NCBI GenBank assembly: GCA_934668515.1
Contig: CAKUNS010000006.1
Location: forward strand, 2,201 to 66,200
DNA length: 64,000 bases
Source of the DNA: an uncultured Eggerthellaceae bacterium
GTDB taxonomy: Bacteria > Actinomycetota > Coriobacteriia > Coriobacteriales > Eggerthellaceae
Direction of reading: 5' to 3'
The notes beneath the pieces were generated by a model. It was given only the letters and a program-made list of their open reading frames with translations. It searched no databases and was not told where the DNA came from. Below, piece after piece: positions 1 through 9,635 of this stretch. The translations under genes were made by a program, and so were the position numbers. Position 1 is the stretch's first letter, and each line of letters starts with the position of its first letter.

Positions 1-539
1 TTTATAATTTGCCGTTCAACTTCATTGTATTCACCCTAGGTGCATGGCTTATTGCATCAGACAATGCGACGGGCGTAAAAGTGCGCATGCGTCCGCGCGA
101 CCTGGTTAACCCTTGCAACATCGCTTCCGTCATCAGCATTGGTCTTGCGTTTGCGGGAGTGCATGGCGTGCCCGTCCTAGGCGATGCTTTAGCGACTATC
201 GGCAACTTCACTACACCGGCTACGCTTCTGATCGTCGGTTCTTCGCTTGCCAACCTGCCTGCTAAACAGCTGCTTGGCGGTCCGAAGTTGTTCGCGGCAT
301 CTATGGTCAGGCTCGTGGTCACGCCAATCGTGATTTTCTTCCTAATGCAAAACTTCGCAAGCGATCTTATGCTTGCCGTGCTTGTGGTCCTTGCGGCCAT
401 GCCGGTTGCCACAAACGGCACCATGCTTTGTTATCAGTATCACGGTGATGCCGTCAGTATGGCTCAGGGAACCTTTGTCACCACGGTGTTCTCGCTGGTT
501 ACCATCCCTCTGCTTATCACGCTTTCCGGTTTGCTGTAG
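1..539 (+). CDS. AEC-family (auxin efflux carrier / malate permease-like) membrane transporter, C-terminal part; the 5' end lies outside the window
   Basis: The frame is open to the window edge upstream of track ORF 9..539. The protein is strongly hydrophobic and multi-helical, with an AEC-type C-terminal half (..VVLAAMPVATNGTMLCYQY..). Confidence 0.6.
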   Translation, partial: YNLPFNFIVFTLGAWLIASDNATGVKVRMRPRDLVNPCNIASVISIGLAFAGVHGVPVLGDALATIGNFTTPATLLIVGSSLANLPAKQLLGGPKLFAASMVRLVVTPIVIFFLMQNFASDLMLAVLVVLAAMPVATNGTMLCYQYHGDAVSMAQGTFVTTVFSLVTIPLLITLSGLL

Positions 540-679
540 AGCCGCATGGCGTGGCGCTGAGTCGCTCTACCGTTGTGCTTCTGATGGAAGTAAGTCATCA
601 GGTGGGGTGTGCTGGTACCATTTCTTAGGAAATTGTTGCTCGAAGGAGCACGAACCAACGAACATCGGGGTACATACCT

Positions 680-1672
680 ATGGTTATCATTGAAGCACTG
701 AAAGCGCTTGTCTTCGGCATTGTCGAGGGCATCACCGAATGGCTGCCGGTTTCGTCGACCGGTCATATGATGCTGCTGAATGCATTCATGCCGCTTGATG
801 TTTCTGCATCGTTTTACGACACCTTCCTAGTTGTCATCCAGCTTGGTGCCATCATGGCCGTCATTTGCCTGTTCTTCCACAAACTTAACCCGTTCTCTCC
901 GCGCAAGAACGCCGCGCAGAAGAAGACAACGTGGGGCATTTGGGCAAAGGTCGTTGTTGGCTCGATTCCTGCAGCTATCGTCGGCTTGTTGCTTGATGAC
1001 TGGATGGAAGAGCACATCATGAACGATCCGAACCTTTCGTACGTGGTTGTTTCTTGTGCGCTTGTCGTTTACGGCATCATCTTCATTGTTTTGGAACATC
1101 GCAACAGGCGTCTTATCGAGGAAGCCTCTCAGCCCCGTGGCCTTCACGCTCGCGGCGTTGCGAAGTCTGATGCGGCGGGGCAGGCGCAGAAGGGACGTGC
1201 TCTTGATATTGGCGGCTATAACGCCGACGACGAGTACGATGCCTCTTGCGCAATTGCCAAAGTTTGCAACTTCGATCAGCTTTCCTACGGCAAAGCGTTC
1301 GCTATCGGCATCTTCCAAAGCCTGGCTATCATTCCCGGCACCTCGCGCTCGGGTTCCATCATCATCGGTTCGCTTCTATTGGGTACCTCGCGCACGGTGG
1401 CAACTGAATTCGCCTTTTTCTTGGCCATTCCCATCATGTTCGGCTGGAGCGTTCTGAAGCTCTTGCGCCACGGCTTGGCTTACACCGCCACCGAGTGGAT
1501 GATCTTCGGTGTCGGCATTGTGACTGCGTTCTTGGTATCCATCGTCTCCATCAAATTCTTGATCGGCTACATTAAGAAGAACGACTTCACCGCCTTCGGC
1601 ATTTACCGCATCGTCGTCGGCTTGCTCGTTCTGATCTTCTTTGGTCAGTTCGTCAATCATATTTTCTTCTAA
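680..1672 (+). CDS. uppP: Undecaprenyl-diphosphate phosphatase (BacA/UppP), with an unusual internal insertion
   Basis: The N-terminus EGITEWLPVSSTGHM and the later motif IIPGTSRSG are the two conserved UppP signatures. The ATG is at 680. The protein is 330 aa, where the family is usually about 270-280 aa. Confidence 0.9.
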   Translation: MVIIEALKALVFGIVEGITEWLPVSSTGHMMLLNAFMPLDVSASFYDTFLVVIQLGAIMAVICLFFHKLNPFSPRKNAAQKKTTWGIWAKVVVGSIPAAIVGLLLDDWMEEHIMNDPNLSYVVVSCALVVYGIIFIVLEHRNRRLIEEASQPRGLHARGVAKSDAAGQAQKGRALDIGGYNADDEYDASCAIAKVCNFDQLSYGKAFAIGIFQSLAIIPGTSRSGSIIIGSLLLGTSRTVATEFAFFLAIPIMFGWSVLKLLRHGLAYTATEWMIFGVGIVTAFLVSIVSIKFLIGYIKKNDFTAFGIYRIVVGLLVLIFFGQFVNHIFF

Positions 1673-1687
1673 GGGAAGGAAGCTTAC

Positions 1688-1993
1688 ATGACTCAGGCTG
1701 AAACCAACGTCAGTGTTGCGAATCTAGCTTCGATCTATCAGCATCGTGCAGCGATCGATCAGATCGATCGCAAACTCGTTGCGTTGCTGAACGAGCGCGC
1801 AATTCATTCGCTGACCATTCGCAACTTGAAGCCTGGTGCAGGGATGGATTTGTTTGATCCTTCGCGCGAGGACGCCATTTACGAAAAGGTCTGCAATCTT
1901 AATGAGGGCCCGTTGACAGACGGGAACTTAAAAGAGATTTACGCAACGATGCTTAAAGTTATGAAGGAAGCTCCTTCGCTTCCCATGGAATAA
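1688..1993 (+). CDS. Monofunctional chorismate mutase (AroQ / CM type 2 fold)
   Basis: A 101-aa all-helical protein. IDQIDRKLVALLNERA and a later ..REDAIYEKV.. match the CM_2 pattern. A GGAAGGAAG RBS lies upstream. Confidence 0.7.
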   Translation: MTQAETNVSVANLASIYQHRAAIDQIDRKLVALLNERAIHSLTIRNLKPGAGMDLFDPSREDAIYEKVCNLNEGPLTDGNLKEIYATMLKVMKEAPSLPME

Positions 1994-2059
1994 TCAAGGC
2001 GGGGCAGCGCTTGCTGATCTCTTGCGATAGCTGATGCTGCAACATATGTACAACGTTGA

Positions 2060-2091
2060 GCCGGTCGGGAATCCCGATCGGCTTTCTATTT
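2060..2091 (+). terminator. Rho-independent terminator after chorismate mutase
   Basis: GCCGGTCGGG-AAT-CCCGATCGGC forms a 10-bp stem with one G-U pair, followed by TTTCTATTT. Confidence 0.6.
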
Positions 2092-2497
2092 GCTTCAATG
2101 CTTCTTAGGCCTTAACCGAAAGCGTCTCCGATTCAATCGGTTTTGCCTCCAATATCTAGGTTATGCATGACTAACTCTATTAACATTTCTTTGACCAGAG
2201 TAACTTTTCTGTCGTTGCTGAAAGTTTTCTCTTGCCAAGTTCAATGGGCTGCGTATACTGGGCGACAAGTTCAAAATCAAATGCGTTGACGAGGACGAAT
2301 CGAATAAGCCATCTCAAGAGAGTCGGCGGTTGGTGGAAGCCGATGTTGGAAGTTCGACAAGCCCCCTCCGAGCAGTTTAGTTGAACGGTTTGCACGCAGA
2401 TGGACGACCTTCATCGTGCAGCAAAACCAGTAGGCTGAACCGGCGGCCCCGTAATCGGTCCCTAGACGCTTTGTCTAGTCATATCGTTTTCGTGGTC

Positions 2498-2532
2498 CTG
2501 GTGCAGCTTGCTGCAGCAGTTTTTTTGTTTGC
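2498..2532 (+). terminator. Terminator-like hairpin with a T-run inside the ilvD leader (candidate attenuator)
   Basis: CTGGTGCAGC..GCTGCAGCAG forms a stem with one G-G mismatch, followed by TTTTTTTGTTTGC. It sits about 60 nt upstream of the ilvD ATG. Confidence 0.45.
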
Positions 2533-2591
2533 AAAGAGCTTTTTAGGTCTGTCGCCAAAAAGCTCCAGCCAAGAATGGAAGGACGAGCGAT

Positions 2592-4262
2592 ATGAGCTTG
2601 CGAAGCGATGCGGTTCGCGTTGGTGTGCCGCGTGCTCCTCACAGGAGCCTTTTCAAAGCCGATGGTCTGACCGACGAGGAGCTGAAGCGCCCGCTGATCG
2701 CCGTCGTCAATTCCCGCACCGATGTTATTCCCGGTCATAACAACCTCGACAAAATCGCTGACGCAGTGAAGGCCGGCATTTACATGGCTGGTGGAATTCC
2801 GTTCGAGGTGGGCACCATAGGCGTGTGCGATGGCATTGCCATGAACCACGACGGCATGCACTATTCTCTGGTTTCGCGCGAAGTGATTGCCGATTCTGTG
2901 GAATGCTACGTTCAAGGACATGCATTTGACGGTATCGTTTGCATTCCGAACTGCGACAAAATCGTCCCGGGCATGCTTATCGGCGCGCTCCGCGTGAATA
3001 TCCCCACGGTGTTCGTTTCCGGCGGCCCCATGCTTCCGGGCAAGCAGCCCGATGGTTGTGGAACAACCGACTTGAACACTCTGTTCGATGGTGCTGGTCA
3101 GGTTGCTGCAGGCACTATGACCGAAGAGCAGCTTAAGCACTACGAAGACACTGCTTGCCCTTCGTGCGGAAGCTGCTCGGGCTTGTTCACGGCTAACTCC
3201 ATGAATTGCCTCTGCGAGGCATTGGGCATCGCGCTTCCGGGTAATGGAACCGTCCCCGCAGTGTATTCCGAGCGTATACGCCTTGCCAAGCAGGCTGGCA
3301 TGAAGATCATGGAGCTTGTGAACAATGATATCAAGATCGGTGATGTCATTTCCCAGGCAGCTATTCACAACGCCATGGAATGCGATATGGCATTCGGCGG
3401 TTCAACCAATACGGTGCTGCACCTGATCGCCATTTCTCATGCGGCCGGGCATCCCATCACTATGGAAGATTGGGAGGAAGCTTCTAAACGCACGCCGCAT
3501 TTGGTGAAACTTCAGCCTTCCGGCCCACGTCCGCTTATCGATTTGTACGAGGTCGGTGGCGTTCCCGTGGTCATGCACGAGCTTGACAAGCTTGGATTGC
3601 TCGACCACAGTGCCATCACCGTGGTTGGATCATTTGACGAGTACATCAAGGATCACACCAAGCCCGCCGATGGCGAGGTTTGCCGCAAGCATGACAACCC
3701 GCTTTCACCGCAGGGTGCCCTGAAAGTGCTTCACGGCAACATCGCTCCAAAGGGCGGCATCGTCAAGATGTCGGCAGTGGATCCCTCTATGTACAAACAT
3801 ACGGGTCCTGCGCGCGTGTTCGATAGCGAAGAGGATGCATGCCAGGCGATTTTCGGGGGCAAAATCAATCCGGGAGACGTTGTCGTCATTCGTTACGAAG
3901 GTCCCAAAGGCGGTCCTGGAATGCGCGAGATGCTTACGCCTACGTCTGCAATCGTTGGCATGGGTCTTTCCAAGAGTGTGGCGCTTCTTACCGATGGTCG
4001 TTTCTCCGGCGCCTCTAAGGGTCCGTGCGTCGGCCATATCAGCCCCGAAGCCGCAGCGGGCGGCCCCATCGCATTCGTTCACGAGGGTGATTCCATCACG
4101 GTGGACATCAAGGGCGGCATCATCAGCCTGAATATCCCTGATGAAGAACTCGAACAGCGCAAGGCCAACTGGGTCGCCCCTGCTTTGAAGCACAACCATG
4201 GCGTGTTGGCGAAGTACGAGAAACTTGTCAGTTCTGCTGACGAAGGAGCGTATGTGTCATGA
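2592..4262 (+). CDS. ilvD: Dihydroxy-acid dehydratase
   Basis: A full-length 556-aa IlvD/Edd family protein with ..RAPHRSLFKA.., CDGIAMNH and CPSCGSCSGLFTANSMNC (Fe-S ligand region). [11 protein letters not shown] is present. Confidence 0.95.
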   Translation: MSLRSDAVRVGVPRAPHRSLFKADGLTDEELKRPLIAVVNSRTDVIPGHNNLDKIADAVKAGIYMAGGIPFEVGTIGVCDGIAMNHDGMHYSLVSREVIADSVECYVQGHAFDGIVCIPNCDKIVPGMLIGALRVNIPTVFVSGGPMLPGKQPDGCGTTDLNTLFDGAGQVAAGTMTEEQLKHYEDTACPSCGSCSGLFTANSMNCLCEALGIALPGNGTVPAVYSERIRLAKQAGMKIMELVNNDIKIGDVISQAAIHNAMECDMAFGGSTNTVLHLIAISHAAGHPITMEDWEEASKRTPHLVKLQPSGPRPLIDLYEVGGVPVVMHELDKLGLLDHSAITVVGSFDEYIKDHTKPADGEVCRKHDNPLSPQGALKVLHGNIAPKGGIVKMSAVDPSMYKHTGPARVFDSEEDACQAIFGGKINPGDVVVIRYEGPKGGPGMREMLTPTSAIVGMGLSKSVALLTDGRFSGASKGPCVGHISPEAAAGGPIAFVHEGDSITVDIKGGIISLNIPDEELEQRKANWVAPALKHNHGVLAKYEKLVSSADEGAYVS

Positions 4263-6154
4263 GCGAGAAGCAGCGAAATGCTACCACCGAGTCGAAAGCA
4301 TCGATGACCGTTGCCCAGGCCGGCGCCCCCGATGGCCTGGGACGCAAGAATCCCAAACAGGGCATGAAGCTTACCGGTGCCCAGGCGGTCATCGCTTCCC
4401 TCGAAGCCGAGGGCGTCGAAAAGCTGTTTGGTTATCCAGGCGGCCAGGCTATCAAGATCTACGACGCGCTTTACGATTCAAGGCAGATCCATCATATCCT
4501 CGCCCGTCACGAGCAGGCCGCGGTTCATGAAGCGGATGGTTATGCTCGTTCCACTGGCAAGGTGGGTGTCGTGCTGGTAACCAGCGGTCCTGGTGCCACC
4601 AACACGGTTACGGGCATTGCGACTGCGTACATGGATTCGGTTCCGCTGGTGGTTATCACGGGTCAGGTTCCGCGCGCGATGATCGGTACCGATTCCTTCC
4701 AGGAGTGCGATATCGTCGGCATCACCATCCCCATCGTCAAGCACAGCTTCCTGCTGCAAAGCATCGAGGATTTGCCCAAGACCTTTCGCGAGGCGTTCCA
4801 TATCGCTAAAACCGGCCGCCCAGGTCCGGTGCTTATCGACGTCCCGTCCGATCTTGCAAGCCAGGAAATAGTCTTCGATTATCCGGACGATGTGAACATC
4901 CCGTCCTACCGTCCGACTTATCGTGGCAATGCCAAGCAGATTCGCGCTGCGGTTGAAGCCATCAAGAAATCTGAGCGCCCCGTGATGTATGTGGGCGGTG
5001 GCGTTGGTATCTCGGGAGCTTCCGAAGAGGCCGTTGAGCTTTCGCGCATAGCACAGATTCCCGTGGTCACTACGCTTATGGCAAAGGGCGCTGTCCCCGA
5101 GAACTACGAGCTCAACCTTGGCATGGTTGGCATGCATGGTTCCAAGTACGCGAATATGACGCTCAATCAGTCCGATCTCATCATCTGCTGCGGAGCCCGA
5201 TTCTCCGATCGTGTCACCGGCAAGCTCGATGGGTTCGCACCTGATGCGAAGGTTATTCACATCGACATCGACCCTGCCGAGATCGGTAAGAATCGCGAGG
5301 CTCAGATTCCTATCGTGGGCGACTTGAAGGGCGTTTTGGAAGCTATGGTCGCCTCGTTCTCCAAATCAACCGACGCACCCGCTTCCAGCGAATGGGTTCG
5401 CACGGTGCTTTCGTGGCGCGACCGTTACCCGCTGTACGATGCCGGTGTCGGCGACAACCCTGCCGAGATCGTGCCCGAAATCGCCATGCGACAGCTTTCT
5501 GATGCGCTTGATCCTATGAACAGCATTGTGGTAACCGAGGTTGGACAGCACCAGATGTGGGCTGCTCAGATGATCGAGCGAGATGCCCCACGCACGTTCC
5601 TTACTTCGGGCGGTTTGGGCACCATGGGTTTCGGTTTCCCTGCTGCGATTGGCGCGCAGGTGGGCAACCCCGATAAAATGGTCGTTTGTGTTGCGGGCGA
5701 CGGTTCGTTCCAAATGAACAGCCAGGAAATGGCAACGGCGGCTATTAACGGCATTCCCGTCAAGGTTGTCATCGTTGACAATCGCGCGCTCGGCATGGTT
5801 CATCAGTGGCAAAAGCTCTTCTATCACGAGCGCTTCTCGTTCACTGAACTTGCTCCTGTGCCCGATTTCGTGAAGCTTTCTGAAGCATACGGATGGGGTG
5901 GGGAATTGGTTACCGATCCGGCCCAGCTTCCCGCTGCGTATCAGCGCATGCTTGATTTTGATGGCCCGTACTTGCTTGACGTTGCCATCTCACGCGATCA
6001 GAACGTGTTCCCCATGGTTGCTCCCGGCTCTACTTTGGGCGATGTCATGGGCGCTATCGATAGCGAAGCCGACGGCACACGCATCATGGGCACCGAGCCC
6101 GTTGGGAAAGCTGTCGAAGCCGAGCAAGCAACGAAGAAAGGGGAGGATCGATAA
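4259..6154 (+). CDS. ilvB: Acetolactate synthase (acetohydroxy-acid synthase) large catalytic subunit
   Basis: A TPP enzyme with the N-terminal ..LFGYPGGQAIKIYDAL.. and the TPP-binding GDGSFQMNSQE motif. The start overlaps the ilvD stop as ATGA. The N-terminal roughly 35 aa are low complexity, so a later start (MKLTGAQ) is possible. Confidence 0.92.
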   Translation: MSEKQRNATTESKASMTVAQAGAPDGLGRKNPKQGMKLTGAQAVIASLEAEGVEKLFGYPGGQAIKIYDALYDSRQIHHILARHEQAAVHEADGYARSTGKVGVVLVTSGPGATNTVTGIATAYMDSVPLVVITGQVPRAMIGTDSFQECDIVGITIPIVKHSFLLQSIEDLPKTFREAFHIAKTGRPGPVLIDVPSDLASQEIVFDYPDDVNIPSYRPTYRGNAKQIRAAVEAIKKSERPVMYVGGGVGISGASEEAVELSRIAQIPVVTTLMAKGAVPENYELNLGMVGMHGSKYANMTLNQSDLIICCGARFSDRVTGKLDGFAPDAKVIHIDIDPAEIGKNREAQIPIVGDLKGVLEAMVASFSKSTDAPASSEWVRTVLSWRDRYPLYDAGVGDNPAEIVPEIAMRQLSDALDPMNSIVVTEVGQHQMWAAQMIERDAPRTFLTSGGLGTMGFGFPAAIGAQVGNPDKMVVCVAGDGSFQMNSQEMATAAINGIPVKVVIVDNRALGMVHQWQKLFYHERFSFTELAPVPDFVKLSEAYGWGGELVTDPAQLPAAYQRMLDFDGPYLLDVAISRDQNVFPMVAPGSTLGDVMGAIDSEADGTRIMGTEPVGKAVEAEQATKKGEDR

Positions 6155-6648
6155 TGACCGAATCTATTCACATTCTCTCGGTGCTTGTCGAAAATAAGCC
6201 GGGCGTCCTTTCCCGTGTTACCGGCATGATCTCGCGACGCGGCTTCAACATCGATTCGTTGGCGGTAGGTCCTACCGAAGACCCTACGCGCTCTCGTGTG
6301 ACTATCGTTGTATCTGCTGATGAGGTCGCTTACGAGCAAATCACCAAGCAGCTGCATAAACTTGTGAGCGTTCACAAGATCACCGATCTTACCAACGATA
6401 GTGCGATCGAACGCGAACTGGTTCTGTTCAAAGTGAATGCTCCGGCTGATCATCGCAGCGAGATCATCGAAATCGCTAACGTGTTCCGTGCCAATATCGT
6501 TGATGTCGGCCGCTCGTCGTTGACGGTGGAGGCTACCGGTGACGAAAGCAAGCTCAAGGGTATGGAAGATCTGTTCCGCGCATATGGCATCAAGGAGATC
6601 ACCCGAACGGGCAAGATCGCCATGTCGCGTAATTCAAAGGACGTCTAG
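6154..6648 (+). CDS. ilvN: Acetolactate synthase small (regulatory, ACT-domain) subunit
   Basis: 164 aa. HILSVLVENKPGVLSRVTGMISRRGFNIDSLAVG is the typical IlvN/IlvH ACT domain. It overlaps the ilvB stop as TAATG. Confidence 0.9.
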   Translation: MTESIHILSVLVENKPGVLSRVTGMISRRGFNIDSLAVGPTEDPTRSRVTIVVSADEVAYEQITKQLHKLVSVHKITDLTNDSAIERELVLFKVNAPADHRSEIIEIANVFRANIVDVGRSSLTVEATGDESKLKGMEDLFRAYGIKEITRTGKIAMSRNSKDV

Positions 6649-6742
6649 TCCGAAACACGGCACTAGACCCAATCATTTTGGTTTCACCGCCTGGACAGGC
6701 GACGAACATAGGGTTGCAATCCAATAGTCGATCAGAAAGGGA

Positions 6743-7753
6743 ATGAACATGGCTATTGAAATTCTTTACGACAAGGACGTGAACCCCGAGATCATCCAGG
6801 GAAAGAAGATCGCCATCATCGGCTATGGCTCCCAGGGTCATGCCCATGCGCTTAATCTTCACGATTCCGGATGCGACGTTCGCGTTGGCCTTCGCCCCGA
6901 ATCCAAGTCTGCCGAGGAAGCTCGCGAGCATGGTTTGAAGGTCGTCGATATCGATACCGCAGCAGAAGAAGCCAACGTGGTCATGATCCTTATCCCCGAT
7001 GAGATCCAGGCCAAGACGTACGAGGAGCACATTGCGCCGCACCTCCATCCTGGTGACACGCTCGCGTTTGCTCATGGCTTCAACATCCACTATGGCTATA
7101 TCAAGGCTCCTGAAGGCGTCAACGTCATCATGGTTGCCCCTAAGGGCCCGGGTCATATCGTTCGTCGCCAGTACACCGAGGGTTCCGGCGTTCCTGATCT
7201 GTGCTGCGTCTACGAGGATGCTACCGGTGATGCTTGGGATATCGCGCTTTCTTATGGTTGGGCGATCGGCGGCGGCCGCGCTGGCCTTATGAAGGGCACC
7301 TTCGCTCAGGAGACTGAGGAAGACCTCTTCGGCGAGCAGGCGGTTCTTTGCGGTGGCCTGGTTGAGCTGGTCAAGGCTGGTTTTGAAACGCTGACCGAGG
7401 CAGGCTATCCGCCCGAGCTTGCTTACTTCGAGTGCTATCACGAAATGAAGATGATCGTCGACCTTATGTACGAGAGTGGCATCCACTTCATGAATTACTC
7501 TATCTCGAACACTGCAGAGTACGGCGAGTACTATGCTGGCCCCAAAGTCATCAACGATGAGTCCCGCAAGGCCATGAAGCTTATCCTCGAGCGCATCCAG
7601 AACGGTGAGTTCGCCAAGGAGTTCGTTGCTGACTGCAACAACAACCATAAGTGGCTGCTCGAGCAGCGTGAGGCTCTGAACAACCATCTCATCGAGACGA
7701 CCGGTGCTCAGGTTCGCAGCATGTTCACGTGGGTTAAGAAGTCCGAGGACTAG
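6743..7753 (+). CDS. ilvC: Ketol-acid reductoisomerase (class I, NADP)
   Basis: 336 aa, with [17 protein letters not shown] (Rossmann motif) and the conserved KARI C-terminal knotted domain. A GAAAGGGA RBS is present. Confidence 0.95.
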   Translation: MNMAIEILYDKDVNPEIIQGKKIAIIGYGSQGHAHALNLHDSGCDVRVGLRPESKSAEEAREHGLKVVDIDTAAEEANVVMILIPDEIQAKTYEEHIAPHLHPGDTLAFAHGFNIHYGYIKAPEGVNVIMVAPKGPGHIVRRQYTEGSGVPDLCCVYEDATGDAWDIALSYGWAIGGGRAGLMKGTFAQETEEDLFGEQAVLCGGLVELVKAGFETLTEAGYPPELAYFECYHEMKMIVDLMYESGIHFMNYSISNTAEYGEYYAGPKVINDESRKAMKLILERIQNGEFAKEFVADCNNNHKWLLEQREALNNHLIETTGAQVRSMFTWVKKSED

Positions 7754-7818
7754 TTCGTATCAGCGTCTTAACGACATGATTTAAGTGCACAGTAGTCGCG
7801 ACTGCCTGTGCGCTCACC

Positions 7819-7866
7819 GACGGACCCGCTAGTGCGCTTGTGCTGACGGGTCCGCTTTGTGTTTAA
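7819..7866 (+). terminator. Terminator-like hairpin after ilvC
   Basis: CGGACCCG..(18-nt loop)..CGGGTCCG, followed by CTTTGTGTTT. Confidence 0.5.
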
Positions 7867-7922
7867 TAAGACTGCTGAAATCACTCTGCGGATTCGAGAA
7901 GTCTTAAGGGGCTGGTCCGATC

Positions 7923-9500
7923 ATGTCTAACAAGGTACTGGTAACCGAACGCGTTGACGCAACGTGCATCAACGTTTTGCGTATGCGTGGTTGCGAGGTT
8001 GAAACGCGTCTTGATTTGACCGAGGACGAGCTGGTCTCGTGCATCGACGGTTTCGACGCGATGGTGGTTCGTTCGCATACTCCAGTCACTCGTCGCGTTA
8101 TCGAGGCGGGTAAGTCGCTGAAGGTTATCGGCCGCGCCGGCGTCAGCATCGACAACATTGACGTCACGGCCGCAACCGAGGCTGGGATTATCGTTTGCAA
8201 CGCGCCGACATCCAACATCGTTTCCGCTGCCGAGTTTGCCATGAGCTTGATCTTGGCTTGTGCCCGCAAACTTCCTCAAGCAAATAAGTCCATGCACGAG
8301 GGCAAGTGGGAAACTGCTTTCGATGGTACGGAGCTGTACGAGAAAACGCTCGCTATCGTCGGCCTTGGCCGCGTTGGCGGATTGGTTGCCGAACGCGCAG
8401 CCGCCTTCGGCATGAAAATCGTCGGTTATGACCCTTATTGTAACGCTGATCGCGCGAGTGCCTTGGGCGTCACCCTGTATGAAAACCTGAACGACTTGCT
8501 TCCGCTTGCTGACGTCATCAGCGTTCACCTTCCGCGTACGTCCGAGACTCGTGGCATGTTCGGTCCCAACGAGTTTGCCATTATGAGGGATGACGTCATT
8601 CTGGTGAACGTTGCAAGGGGCGGTATCTTCGACGAAGCCTCGCTGGCCGATTTCGTCGCAGCTGGCAAGATCGGCGCTGTTGGACTGGATGTTCACGATG
8701 AGGAGCCGTGCTTTGAGTCGCCGCTGTATGAGTTCGACAATGTCATTCTCACTCCGCATATCGGAGCAGCTACGTTCGAGGCGCAGCGTCGTGCGGGTGT
8801 TCAGATCGCCAACTATGTCGCTGCTGGCCTTGCAGGTTCGCTTGTTCCCACTGCGGTTAACATGGCTCCTGTTCCGCCCGAGGTCCTTGATGCTGTTGGC
8901 CCTTATGTTCCCGCTTGCCAAATGCTTGGCAGCATGCTTGCGCAGATCAACCCCGCTATTCCGCAAACGCTTAAGTTCACTGCTTCGGGCAACATCGCCG
9001 CTGCCGATACCACCGTTTTGGTTGCAAGCGTTTTAAAGGGTCTGCTTTCTTACAAGAAGGGTGTCACGGTTACGCCCATAAATGCAGAGCAGGTTGCCAA
9101 GAGACACGGCATCGATGTGGTAACCGCATCCGACCCCAACACGCTTGGCTATTTCTCTTCGGTCTCCATTGTTGCTGACGGCATTGAGGCTTCATGCACC
9201 AGGTCTGATCCGGGTCGTCCTGCGCGCATCATCTCGTTATTTGGGTACGACATGGATATCGAGCCGGGTGAGCAGTCGCTCATTTTCGAGTACGGCGATG
9301 CATCCGGCCGCATTGGCGTCATCGGCACTATTTTGGGCCAGCACGACATCAACATCACTACCTTGAGGATCGGTACCCGACCAGACTCTGACAGGGCCGT
9401 TGTCTATATGAACGTTCAGGGCGATGTCACCGACGAGATCATCGGCGAGCTTCGCGAGGCGATCAGCGATCTGAAGAATCTTTGGTACGTAAAGCTGTAA
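7923..9500 (+). CDS. serA: D-3-phosphoglycerate dehydrogenase (long form with C-terminal ASB/ACT domains)
   Basis: 525 aa with a 2-hydroxyacid dehydrogenase core (..LAIVGLGRVGGLVAERA.., ..VARGGI.., ..LTPHIGA..) and a C-terminal regulatory region. Confidence 0.92.
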   Translation: MSNKVLVTERVDATCINVLRMRGCEVETRLDLTEDELVSCIDGFDAMVVRSHTPVTRRVIEAGKSLKVIGRAGVSIDNIDVTAATEAGIIVCNAPTSNIVSAAEFAMSLILACARKLPQANKSMHEGKWETAFDGTELYEKTLAIVGLGRVGGLVAERAAAFGMKIVGYDPYCNADRASALGVTLYENLNDLLPLADVISVHLPRTSETRGMFGPNEFAIMRDDVILVNVARGGIFDEASLADFVAAGKIGAVGLDVHDEEPCFESPLYEFDNVILTPHIGAATFEAQRRAGVQIANYVAAGLAGSLVPTAVNMAPVPPEVLDAVGPYVPACQMLGSMLAQINPAIPQTLKFTASGNIAAADTTVLVASVLKGLLSYKKGVTVTPINAEQVAKRHGIDVVTASDPNTLGYFSSVSIVADGIEASCTRSDPGRPARIISLFGYDMDIEPGEQSLIFEYGDASGRIGVIGTILGQHDINITTLRIGTRPDSDRAVVYMNVQGDVTDEIIGELREAISDLKNLWYVKL

Positions 9501-9525
9501 CCCCTGGGAAACTTTTTTCGGGAAA

Positions 9526-9565
9526 TCGTTCGACTTGTAACGTAATTGAAACGAACGAGTTTTTA
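9526..9565 (+). terminator. Weak terminator-like hairpin downstream of serA
   Basis: TCGTTCG..(19-nt loop)..CGAACGA, followed by GTTTTTAT. Confidence 0.4.
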
Positions 9566-9597
9566 TGCTGCAAGTCGTATGTTGAACGTTGAGGATC

Positions 9598-9635
9598 GGT
9601 TCCACTGTTCAAATAGGCAGTGGAACCTTTTTCTT
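9598..9635 (+). terminator. Strong rho-independent terminator-like hairpin 19 nt upstream of the leuA start
   Basis: GGTTCCACTG-(10-nt loop)-CAGTGGAACC is a perfect 10-bp stem, followed by TTTTTCTT. Confidence 0.7.

Noticed and set aside
2321-2345. A GGTTGGTGGAAGCCG stretch resembling the GGGUGGNACCGCG core of a T-box.
   Set aside because: The match is partial. The sequence folds as a simple TCGGC/GCCGA hairpin loop, it lies about 160 nt from the terminator, and I could not find a Stem I/specifier architecture.
2180-2395. A 71-aa minus-strand ORF in the ilvD upstream gap.
   Set aside because: It has no RBS, no recognisable family and an odd composition. It is as likely to be chance as coding. 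I left it unannotated.
2381-2740. A 119-aa + strand ORF containing IVFVVLV, considered as a branched-chain amino-acid leader peptide for ilvD.
   Set aside because: It starts at a TTG with no RBS and does not stop before the terminator hairpin. It runs 150 nt into ilvD in another frame. A classical leader peptide cannot be supported. The codon run is kept only as an observation in the ilvD-leader finding.
6599-8966. Minus-strand ORFs of 362 aa (6599-7687) and 361 aa (7881-8966).
   Set aside because: They are antisense to ilvC and serA respectively and have no motifs. The + strand products are unambiguous.
9565-9585. The mini-ORF MLQVVC between the two serA-leuA hairpins, considered as a leucine leader peptide.
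   Set aside because: It has only one Leu codon and no RBS, so it is not convincing as a Leu-sensing leader.
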